Shown here: positions 50,502-61,196 of the stretch, in pieces
Numbering within the stretch: the first letter of the stretch is position 1
How the letters are laid out: each line of letters starts with the position of its first letter
Source: Podarcis filfolensis
Taxonomy: Eukaryota
Assembly (NCBI GenBank): GCA_964270895.1
Contig: OZ185435.1
DNA length: 64,000 nucleotides
Strand: one strand, 5' to 3'
Position numbers and translations under genes: made by a program
Notes under the pieces: generated by a model
Seen by the model: the letters and a program-made list of their open reading frames with translations, nothing else
Told to the model about the DNA's origin: nothing
Databases searched by the model: none

Positions 50502-53274
50502 TATATGTGTATTATATTAATGTACAAAATTTAATCATGATCATCTAAGGCTATCTGTGGCTGCTAATGCTGATAGCTATTTTCAGTCACCAATGTTGGA
50601 GGCATTGTGCTTCTGAATTCAAGTTGTTAGGAATCAGAGGTGGGCTGAGTTGAGCTCAGATCCTTCTTGCAGGCTCTCCGTGGACATCTGGTTGGCCACT
50701 GTGAGAACAAGATGCTGAACTAGATGCACCACCGGCCTGATCCAGCAGGCAATAATCTTAATAGTTGTAATAATCGTTTTATTAAATCTGCCAAATCCAG
50801 CGCCTGTTGTAGAGGAGTGAATGATTTCAGGCTTCATGTAATTTTGCTTGCTGGGTTTCAAGAAGGGGTGGCTTTTAATGTAACCATTTTTGAAAACACC
50901 CCATGAGTGGCCCTTAAGAGCACTGCAGCATCCTTTTGTTTACCATTTCTTGTAATCAATGTTCCTAATGCTGTGCTTTCAGTGGAGTCCTGCCACTTTG
51001 GGGCTATAGAGGCAGATCTGGTAAAATGAATGCTCTTGAGGTTAAGGCACTCAAGGGTAAAATCCTTGCTAATGCTTTTGCATTAGAGAGATAAAATCGT
51101 TGATTGCCCTTATGAAACGCCGTGCACAGACCTCTCCTTTCTTTGTCAGAGCTTCTTTTGTGCAGAAACTTGATTGAATTTATTTATCAGCTCGGCAACA
51201 ATGCTGGAATTGCACGACACTAAAGAGGAACAGAGCCCTAACAGTTTTACCAGCTGACCTTTGTCAAGATAATAAGCCCAAATGCTGTCTCCTGTCTGTT
51301 TAAAATATGCAATGTCAAAGTGGCATCTGGGACACTCAGTAAAACTATGGTGAGAAACCATCAGGATCATTCTAGCAAAATGTACACTATCAAAAAAAGG
51401 CAAGATAATATATAGTGTGCTTGACATAATGAGCTCCCTGGGCTACTTTTACAAAAGCACCAAGGAGCTGGTGTGAAATAGTTTAGGTCTATGATTGTTG
51501 AACAAGACTCTAGGTAGGTGGAAGAAAAGTTACCAGAATTTTAACTACTGATTTCTGAAACAGAATCAAATATACATAGCATTAAAAGTTTGAGGGGAGG
51601 GAAACCCTTCTAAACCCAATAAATTAATGGATGTCAGAATCTAGCTAATATTTATTTGCCCCTCCTTTCTTCCAGCATTGTAGGTTTCTCATGTGGTCCA
51701 CCATCCAAGTACTGGCTGGACCCAGATGTGTTTTAGCTTCCACAGAGTTACTGTGTTCTATTTCCTCAGTTATATGGGCATTTGGTTTCATTGCAGGAGC
51801 CAGATAATTATGAAAAAAAAGTTCTGTGAGCCAGAAGGCATGTTATATTTGTTTTTCCACCCACTCACCCCCAGTACATGGGGAATTACTTTTGATAATT
51901 GAGGGACTCTTGAAAGACGTTTGCAAGATGGTACAAGGGTCAGATAGCTAAGGAAAGAAGGACAAATATTCCAACATGTGAGCACAAACCTCCTGTACAA
52001 GGGTGAGTGGCAGTTAGGGGGATTCCAATCCACACCTAAAAGTTTAGAAGAAAAGCTGTACCCCAGCATACATTAGGCACATTAGAGAATCTCCAGTTCT
52101 CCTGGGGGCCCAATGTGGATTGTGATGCTCATCTGGTCCATATTGAACTTTATGGACACATCTGATATAGATGATCACCCCCACCCAAGGCCACAAGTTC
52201 ATTAAGTAAGTGGCTAGACATGGATTGGGGCCCTAGTCTGCAACATAACAACTGGCTAGGGGGGGCTAGAGTAATGAAGCCAAGTTTCTCACTTAAATGT
52301 GGGGTTGGACAGTTATACTGTTGTTCCCCTTCTTTTGAAGTTGGGGTTTTTGCATGCGTTCTTCAAACAGGAAAGATTTTATCCTGGTGTTGCTGCCTGG
52401 ATTCCACAAGCCACTCTCTGTTAGTATGAAATTAATCAGCCAATGCATCTGAGTTATTCCTACGGTTAAAATCTAAATGCATGGGTGGGTCATGATTTAT
52501 TTATTTTTGTTTTAAATGCAGCCTCCTGATGAAATAAATGAACCAGAGTTGCTTGCTAAATAAATAATGTAGCCCTATCAATTAAGAAAATGAAAGTGAT
52601 AAAAGAGAAAAAAGATATTTAGAACAATGTAATGTTAATCATGCTTAGTCAGCCATCATTTCCCCAGAAGTGCTGTAGTAACACTATGTTATATGTAGTT
52701 AGTCCCACCTAGGGGTGTTAGAAGGTGCTGTGTCTCTTTCTGCTCTGTATACATCACTGCTTCTGTTCTACTGCAGTTTGTCTTATGCCAAAAATGATGT
52801 CAACTGTCTCTCTGTCCTCTGTGGTAACATTACACAACATACGTAACTTACATAGTCATTATGTTATTCCACTTCATACATTTCATTCCCAAGGAAACTG
52901 AGTGTAAATGTGGGGGTGCTCTGTATAGATCACATGCAGCACTGAGGAGGGGAGCCAATAATTGTATTACAAAATTCAGAGAAATGTGAAAACTGAGGGA
53001 TAACTATGTTCTGATCCAATTCTTCACCACAGAATTGGTGGTGAAGATTGCAATAGAAAAGGAATTGCCTCCCATCTTAACCCCTTCAACGATGATCTAT
53101 AAGTATGTGTTTGACATAGGGGTAAACCAAATGTTATTAGCAACCAAATCTGGGTATTAAAAGAAATAAGAAATAAGTAAGCAAGAGTAGTTAGCTGTAG
53201 TTAGTGCTTACTTTCTATAAAACCTGGTAAGGAGGCTGAAACACACTTTGGAGTTGAACATTCTTCCCTAAGTG

Positions 53275-54525
53275 CAGTGGTACCTCAGGTTACAGATGCT
53301 TCAGGTTACAGATGCTTCAGGTTACAGACTCCGCTAACCCAGAAATAGTACCTCGGGTTAAGAACTTTGCTTCATGCTAAGAATAGAAATTGCATGGCGG
53401 TGAAAAAGCCAGATTTGGAGAGATAGAGTCTTGCTTGGCTTGGAGATGGGGGGCTGGATAGACCCCCCTATGCAGGGATGTTTTGACTTTTCAAGTCTGG
53501 CTTTGGGCCAGGAGGAGTTTGGAGTTGTGGGGGTCCTCAACTTTGGAGGGACTTTGAAACATGCTTTTAAATACCACATGGAGTTCAGTGTTGACTATGG
53601 AAAAGGGGCTGATCTGTCGAGAAGGGACAAAAATATTGTCAAGCTGGAGTCTCCACAAGTGAAAAGAGCAGAAGACAAAGTAAAGTACAGGTATAAATAT
53701 GAAGAAGATCTGCGGAAGGGACATGGAAGAGACTTAAGGGCCTCGGACATAAGGTCACCAGGTTAATGAACTAGATGGATGGGATAGAAAGGATTGACAA
53801 AACCCAGGACCAGGAGGAAAAGACGTTGGATGAAGATTGGAAGAAAGTTTTTTTTTTAAAAAATTTTACTTAGGAATGTTTTGTAAAATTAATGAGTATT
53901 AGAAAAATGTTGGAATGAAATTATTTGGCTTTAGCAGAAATGTTAAAAAGAATTATGTAAGAATGTGCTATGGTTATGAGAAATGGGTATAAATAAGATT
54001 TAAGTCTTAAGTTTTAGGGGTTTTTATGGTAAGTTAAGGTTAAAATAGATTAAGGTAATTTAATGACAGAATATTACGAAAAATGGAAAGGATTTGCTGT
54101 GATAATCAACTAGAATACAAAAAAGGGAGGTGGGAGGAGGTCGATGAAATAAGGTGATGACAGTTAAGGATTTGGGAATATTGGATCTGTTTTTAAATTT
54201 TCCTTTTTTCTTTTTTTGGCTTATTTTTGCTTTTTGATTTTGATGTGTTATGTGTTTTGTTTCTGTTCTTTGACTTTGACTTTTATCGATTTGTATTCTT
54301 TAATTGCTATTTGTTCTCTTCTTGTTTTTTCCTTTTTTCTCTTTGTGTTTTTTGTAATTTTAAAATTCTCAATAAAAATCATTTAAAAAAAAAAGAAATT
54401 GCATGGCGGTGATGCGGCGGCAGCAGGAGGCTCCATTAGCTAAAGTGGTGCTTCAGGTTAAGAACAGTTTCAGGTTAAGAAAGGACCTCCAGAACGAATT
54501 AAGTTCTTAACCCAAGGTACCAGTG
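53275..54525. mobile_element. Same Tc1/mariner MITE family as 50275-50501, opposite orientation, split by an L1-tailed insertion
   Basis: Left part 53275-53403 and right part 54394-54525 reconstitute the MITE. TIRs present at both ends. Confidence 0.85.
53404..54393 (+). mobile_element. L1-related retroposed insert with poly(A) tail and an unassigned 5' open frame
   Basis: 19-bp TSD agaaattgcatggcggtga (53385-53403, 54394-54412). AATAAA plus A-tail. A 3' UTR motif (gaatac...gggagg...gaggaggtcg) is shared with the L1 at 58059-60212. A degenerate 'DEDWKK' remnant lies near 53830. Confidence 0.8.
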
Positions 54526-57500
54526 TACTCTTCTCACAAATTCTTGACTTATCTAGGTTTTCTATAGCCGCATAATATTGGTAGAAATACTCTCTGCACA
54601 TGCTCAGAGACAATCTAAGATCCAGCATCTGCAAGGCGTTAAGAAGTGATGAACATGTCTCTTCATCAGTGGACTGACACCTGCAGTGGGAGACTTTCCC
54701 TGGTGGGAGGCTCTGGCACACCAAGAGGAAAGGATCGCTTGATTCAAAGATCAAAGTCTTTGCGAGGAATTCAGTGCTTGCACTAAGGCGATCCTTCCGT
54801 CAGGGCAAGCATTTCAGCTGGCCAGTTGGAATGATTCTCCCTCTCCCCCCTCCCCCTAAGAGCTGTTGCATAGGTTCTTCAGACCCGCCTCCCTAAGTAA
54901 GTTGCAGGAGGTGGGGGGGCAGTGGGGTAAGCCCATTGCACAAGCAGAAGTCCTTGCACAGGGCTTCTGATGACGGGACTCATTATATTCATTTTGTGGG
55001 ACGTTTCCCATTTTATACGTGAAATCCCTATATATGTGCTGCTGATCATCTATTACCACTGCCCGCCTTGCACTGTTAGCCTCCGGCAGGGCTGGCCCTA
55101 CCATAAGGCAGAGTGAGGTGGCTGATTCAGGTGGCAGAAAGTCTTGCGGGGGCAGGGGTAGGGAGTGGTGCTCAGGTGTTGCAGGAGAAAGCATTGTGGG
55201 TGGCTCACCCCATGGTCACTTGGCTAACCTGCTGCCCTCAGCTGCAGTGGGGGATGCTGCTCTCCTGCCAGTGTTGAAGTAATATTCAAGGGCCACTTGT
55301 GGGCAGTTGCGGGAGGGGGGTGCATCTCGTCCTTTGCCTTTCTGCCGGGTCTGGCCTGCAGAAAATAGATGTCTCTTCCTCTCTTTCAATTCTCCTCGCA
55401 GTAAGGCTGTGAAACAAATTGGCCCTGTACTTAAGGAGAAAAAGAGTCATCACATCACTATTGATGAGCTGATTAGAAGCTGCAGTGGGCCCAACTTACT
55501 ATCCTATTGATGATACCCTTCTGTAGAGTAATATTGCCATTTGTCTGAAGTGCTTTCAGACAGTCGCCAACCGGCAATTTTACAGCTTTACAAAAGTTAT
55601 GCAAGAGAAAAGTGGCAGTACTTTGATGGGGTAAGAAAGGGATGTGCAGAACCCTCCTCCCACCTCCTGGTGTTATAAACACCATATAGTTGAACTTGTA
55701 TTTTTAAGTTTGGAAGGTGCAGCTTGGAACCCCAAATTAAATGGTATACTGTACTCCCCCCCCAAGCTAGCAATGCTGTGCTGTCATTATCTGCCTAATT
55801 GCTGCCTGCTCTGCTCCATAACACTTCCCTAAAGCTGATTTATTTGTCACTTAAAAAAAATAAATCACTAGTTTACAAGCAGGGCTTTTTCATTTAAGTT
55901 AAATTTAATAATCTCTATCTTTCTCGTGCTTCTGAATTTCTTCTGGCAAATACAAATGTAGCATTTCACTCATGGGTCACAAGGTTTGTTGTGCTTCGTT
56001 ACATTATTTGTTCAATCATGCAAAGCCACAAATAGCTCTTTATTGGTAGCTTGAGCTGTCCTAAGGCTATTAAATTCATAAGATTTCGTAGGGAACAATC
56101 CAAAGCCAAGATTGCCCAGGATGAGTGGGCAAGTTCGTGTCTGGAATAGGCAGATATATGTCCGAGTCAGGTGAGTCTCCCATCCTGGTTCAGCTGAAGG
56201 TGCACAGGTGTAAGTGCCCTATCCTGGCTCAACTGCGGCTCAGCCAGCAGAAGCAGAAGCCAGCTCAGCCAAGGCTGGATTAAGTCCCCTGAAGGTCTTT
56301 GGGGTGTGGTGGGGGGCGTGGCATGGTAGGCCAGGCAGTGGAGACTTACCCCTCTTCTAAACTCCTTCCCACTTTGTCACAGTGGCCAACTAGATGCCCC
56401 TGGGAAGCACGCAAGCAGAACATGATGAGTGCAATAGCACCCTGCCCACCTGTGATTCACAGCAGCTGGTATTCAGAAGCATGCTGTATCAGAATCGACC
56501 TGATGAGAAAGCCCTTTGCCTGCATCTTAAATACAGCTTTATACACGTGCCCCACAGTTATGGAAGAAGGAATGGATTCTCAAAGCACAATTTCAGCCCA
56601 TGTGTTCTTCTCATTTGGCTTGCTGACTTTGTACAACTTTTCCAGCCTTGACCTTCTCATCCGATATTTCTTCTCAAAACAGTTCCGCGCACTTCTGCAA
56701 ATGTTAGATTGACATTTGGAGCAGGCTTCAGGAGGAGCTCTAATGCTCCCTTTTGGCTCCCTCATGTGCCTGCCAAGATTCAGCAAGGCTACAGTCTCCT
56801 GCTCCCCACGTCTCTGGGCTAGTAATAACATTTACCAGCAACCGTTTCCTCCATCTGCAAATGTTTCCATGGCCTTTCCTAATGTTCTTGAACCTTCCTT
56901 TCTGGTCTGCTTCCCCCCACCTGCCCCCATGAGCACAGCCCTGAAAGGAATAATGCCAAGTTCTAACAATTTAATAATATTCGCCTTTTGCTGTAGATGT
57001 AGGGATTTTAGAAAAATAGATAGTTTAATATCTAAAAGAGGAACACCATATTTTGTCCCAACGCAGGCTTGCAAGTGCTAATGCTGTTCTTACTAGTTAT
57101 AGCTACCGAATCTTACAGGGTTTTGACTTTAAGGTCAAGCCAATGAGGATAATGGTAGACTTGCAAAAATTCAGGGAATGCATTTGATACCTTGTTTATA
57201 TAAATTCTTCCTTCCTTTTGTCTTCTTTTCTATGCTCTTTTTATGAAAACAGACAGCCACCAGCCATAACTGTTAAACAGAAGCACATGAAAAGACTCAG
57301 TTTATCTTTTTACTCAAAGTTCCATGAGACTCAACCCAAAACCACTGATTTTTACAGATGAGGGAGATGCTAGACATTTCTACAGATGCTCCTTCTGCCA
57401 TTCAGCCAATTCAGCTTTAGTCAGCCCTACAGAGGTTGGACTACAACATGGGCACCACGTTGGCTACCCTTGTTCCATTTATCCACGTTGTTTGGCTATC

Positions 57501-57855
57501 TCCACTCTCCACCCTGTTTTCTTCTTTTGTGGAGTGATGGGTCATTTATGGGCTTCCAGCAAAATTAACCAGTCTGAAGTAATGAAGATACTGCTAATGC
57601 TTCCACTAATTAACTATGGACACCTGTGCCATAATTACATGTTTTATGTCTTAGCACAAGGTAAAACAGCCTTGTTCATCCTTTCACCAGTAAGCTTGCT
57701 AGCCATGACTAGTCTGTGGTTGAATTGCTGTCTGTTCTTCTCCCTCCTCTGTCTGCTGCCATACATGAGCTCTAGACACTGATTTTCTGAAGAAGACACT
57801 GGAGTAGAATCCATCAGCACCAACCAGGAGATATCAGAGAATGTGTGGTTTTATA

Positions 57856-57858
<3 letters not shown>

Positions 57859-57906
<48 letters not shown>
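57859..57906. repeat. (CT)n microsatellite
   Basis: Direct reading; boundaries approximate. Confidence 0.9.
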
Positions 57907-57910
<4 letters not shown>

Positions 57911-59039
57911 AACAGCCCTTCATCATTCAAGGATCACATGACAGTTTACAGTATAAAAATACACAATTTCACAACATAGTAACAAACAGCACCACAGTTT
58001 AAAAGGCTACAGATTGTTTAACTAGCCAAAGACCTGAGAGAAAAGGAATGTTTTGTCTTTTTTATAATATATTTATTAAGGTTTTAGGAATTTATATAAA
58101 ATAGAAAAAACAGAACAAAAAACAAGAACAATAAAAATACATACAAACCAAACAGAACACATACAACAACAAGTATAATTTCAATCCCTTATATTCATAA
58201 AACTTACTTTCCCGACCTCCTCATACCTCCCCTTTCTGTATTCCATTCTCTAATTAAGTCAATTCAGCAAATCCTTCCCCTAATTTCTGTATAATTTTTA
58301 ACCTTTCTTTTCTTAATCACATATTCATCACAGCTTTTAACCACTTAATTTCTGAATCAACATCGTTCTAGCCTTCAATAATTTTACAATGTTTCCTAAG
58401 ATAGTCCTTAAATTTCTTCCAATCTTCTTCCGCCGTCTCTTTTCCCTGGTCTCGGATTCTGCCGGTCATTTCTGCCAGTCCCATATAGTCTATAACTTTC
58501 ATCTGCCATTGTTCCACGGTGGGTAGATCTTGTGTCTTCCAATACTTTGCAATGAGTGTTCTTGCTGCTGTTGTAGCATACATAAAAAATGTTCTGTCCT
58601 TCTTTGGCACCAGTTGGCCGACCATACCCAGGAGAAAGGCCTCTGGTTTCTTCAGGAAGGTATATTTAAATACCTTTTTCATTTCATTATAAATCATTTC
58701 CCAGAAAGCCTTGATCCTTGGGCATGTCCACCAAAGGTGAAAGAATGTACCTTCAGTCTCTTTACATTTCCAACACTTATTATCAGGCAAGTGGTAGATT
58801 TTTGCGAGCTTGACTGGAGTCATGTACCACCTATAAATCATTTTCATAATATTTTCTTCTAAGGCATTACATGCCGTAAATTTTATACTGGTGGTCCACA
58901 ACCGTTCCCAGTCCTCAAACATAATGTTATGACCAATATCTTGTGCCCACTTGATCATAGCTGATTTAACTATTTCATCCTGTGTATTCCATTCCAACAG
59001 CAAGTTATACATTTTTGACAAGTTCTTAGTTCTTAGTTT

Positions 59040-59280
59040 CTACAAGAAAGAAGATTCCACCTAAACATTAGGAAGAACTTCCTGACAGTAAGAGCTGTTC
59101 GACAGTGGAATTTGCTGCCAAGGAGTGTGGTGGAGTCTCCTTCTTTGGAGGTCTTTAAGCAGAGGCTTGACAACCATATGTCAGGAGTGCTCTGATGGTG
59201 TTTCCTGCTTGGCAGGGGGTTGGACTCGATGGCCCTTGTGGTCTCTTCCAACTCTATGATTCTATGATTCTATGATTCTG
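59040..59280 (+). mobile_element. Young CR1 3' end (third near-identical copy) inserted in L1
   Basis: Same sequence as the terminal part of 14784-15829. (GATTCTAT)n tail. Confidence 0.92.
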
Positions 59281-59499
59281 GATTCTAACAATTCTGTCTC
59301 CGGTTTTGATTTTTCCACCTGGAAACCAGTTTTCCTGTCTGACTTAAAAACCTCCATTATTTGATAGTAATGGAGCCAATCTCGCACTTTGTCTTTCAAT
59401 TTCTCATAACTCTGCAATTTCATTATATCCCCTTCTTGTTCCAAAATTTCCCAATATTTCGGCCATTTAGACTCCATATTAAGTTTTTTCACGGCCTTT

Positions 59500-60030
59500 G
59501 TCCTGGGAGATTGAAGTGTTCTCCTACTGGTTTAGTAGGAGAACCAGTAGGAGAACACTTCAACCAGTAGGAGAACACTTCAATCTCCCAGGACATTCTA
59601 TACAAGATCTCAAAGTAGCTGTATTACTACAAAGGAATTTCAGAAATAGACTGGAAAGAGAAGCTGCTGAATTGCAACTCATTACCAAACTTAAAACCAT
59701 GGAGAGACCTGGTCTGAACAAAGACATTGGATTCTTATCTCATTATACATGACAAAGCCATTTTTCACCTTCTCACCCCTTGCTTTTTCCTGTAAGACCT
59801 ATTGCAGTCGTTAAGAGTCGCCAACAGGCTCATCACAGCTATCTGCCAATCACCCATTCCCACCACCCTTCTGAGTAATGCCCCTCCCCACCTTCTCACT
59901 ATATAGAAGGATCTGGCAACTTCTGTTTCAGTGTATCTGAAGAAGTGTGCATGCACACGAAAGCTCATACCAAGAACTAACTTAGTTGGTCTTTAAGGTG
60001 CTACTGGAAGGAAATTTTTTTTTTTTGTTT
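59500..60030 (+). mobile_element. Penelope-like element 3' fragment: GIY-YIG endonuclease C-terminus, 3' UTR and hammerhead-bearing terminus, with a short 5' inversion
   Basis: PVGEHFNLPGHSIQDLKVAVLLQRNFRNRLEREAAELQLITKLKT...GLNKD matches the PLE GIY-YIG C-terminal pattern. Stop codon at 59750-59752. Confidence 0.88.
59933..59970 (+). ncRNA. Minimal type I hammerhead ribozyme motif (NRXN3 sense strand)
   Basis: GUAU-CUGAAGA-A-GUGUG(CAUG)CACAC-GAAA-GC-UC^AUAC. Predicted cleavage after C59966. Lies about 180 nt downstream of the PLE ORF stop. Confidence 0.8.
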
Positions 60031-60964
60031 TAAAAGCTTTATGAGCTTTGACCTTGTCGTACCACAAATATGCATGCCACCCAAAAGTGTTATTGAACCC
60101 TTCTAAATCCAAAATATCTGTGTTCTCAAGAAGTAGCCAGTCTTTCAACCAGCAAAAAGCCGCTGATTCATAATAAAGTTTAAAATCTGGCAGGGCAAAT
60201 CCCCCCCTTTCTAGAAAAGGAATGTTTTGTCTGCCACCTAAGGATATGTAAAAAGGCGCCAGGCAAGTTTCCATGGGGAAAGCAGTCCACAAATGGGGGT
60301 GCCACTGCAGAAAAGACCCTTGTCATCTTGCCATCCTCTGAACCTCTCATGGAGGGGCACACAAAGAAGGGCCTCAGATGATTATCCCAACGTTCAAGTC
60401 AGTTTATATGGGGAGAGGTGGTCCTTGAGGTATTGTGGTCCTGAGCTGTTTAAGGCTTTATAGGTCAAAAGTGGCACTTTAACTTTGGCCCAGAAACTAA
60501 TTGGCAGCCAGTGCAATCAGACCAGGATTGGTGTAATATGCTCAAACTGCACAGTGAGCAATGTGGCAGCTGAGTTCTGCAATAGCTGAAGCTTCTGAAC
60601 TGTCTTCAGAGGCAGCCCTACATATAACTTGTTGTAGTAATCTAACCTAGAGGTTATCAGAGTATACACAACAGTAGTTAGGCTATCTCTGTCCAGATAG
60701 GGGCACTTCTGGGCCACCAGCTGAAGCTGATGGAAGGCACTTGGTACTACAGAGATCACCTGAGCCTTAAATGATAGGAATGCATCCAGAAGGTCCCCCT
60801 GCTCCTTCAGAGTCCAAACTCCCTTCCAGTTCAGCTACCTGAAAGTATGATACAATTCAAATTATACTATGATTGAAGTCTGTTGATATGAAAAATGTAA
60901 ATTAAAATATCATTTATTGTTTGAACTGTATGATAGATTTAATGACAATACAGTTGTTTGAATA

Positions 60965-61196
60965 CAGTTGTATCTTGATTTTCGAACACCTTAGTTCTCT
61001 AACGTTTTGGCTCCCGACCCCGGAAGTGACTGTTCCAGTTTGCGAACTATTTTTGGAAGCCGAACGTCCAGTGGGGCTTCCGATTGGCTGCAGGAGCTTC
61101 CTGCGGCCAATCAGAAGCCGTGCTTTAGTTTCCGAACATTTTGGAAGCCAAACTGACTTCTGGAACGGATTCCATTTGACTTTCAAGGTACGACTG
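60965..61196. mobile_element. Tc1/mariner-type MITE (232 bp)
   Basis: Imperfect TIRs cagttgtatcttga / tcaaggtacgactg. TA on both flanks. Confidence 0.8.

Larger units (their letters stand above)
58059..60212 (-). mobile_element. 5'-truncated L1-clade LINE (ORF2 C-terminus with CCHC knuckle, 3' UTR, A-tail), interrupted by CR1 and Penelope inserts
   Basis: 20-bp TSD agaaaaggaatgttttgtct (58039-58058, 60213-60232). GGFALPDFKLYY motif at the 5' end. CWKCKETEGTFFHLWWTC knuckle in the open 217-aa segment 58368-59021. Confidence 0.92.
57910..60780 (-). mobile_element. L2-type LINE remnant acting as host for the nested L1/CR1/Penelope cluster
   Basis: Peptide remnant TLITSRLDYYN...LQLLQNSAA at about 60517-60759. 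L2-like 3' sequence on both sides of the L1 TSD. Outer boundaries approximate. Confidence 0.65.

Noticed and set aside
58368-59021. Independent 217-aa host gene or domesticated protein
   Set aside because: It is the C-terminal part of L1 ORF2 within a TSD-bounded, 5'-truncated and interrupted L1 copy.
59533-59594. CRISPR-like repeat array
   Set aside because: There are no unique spacers. The units are nested partial copies of the adjacent Penelope sequence.
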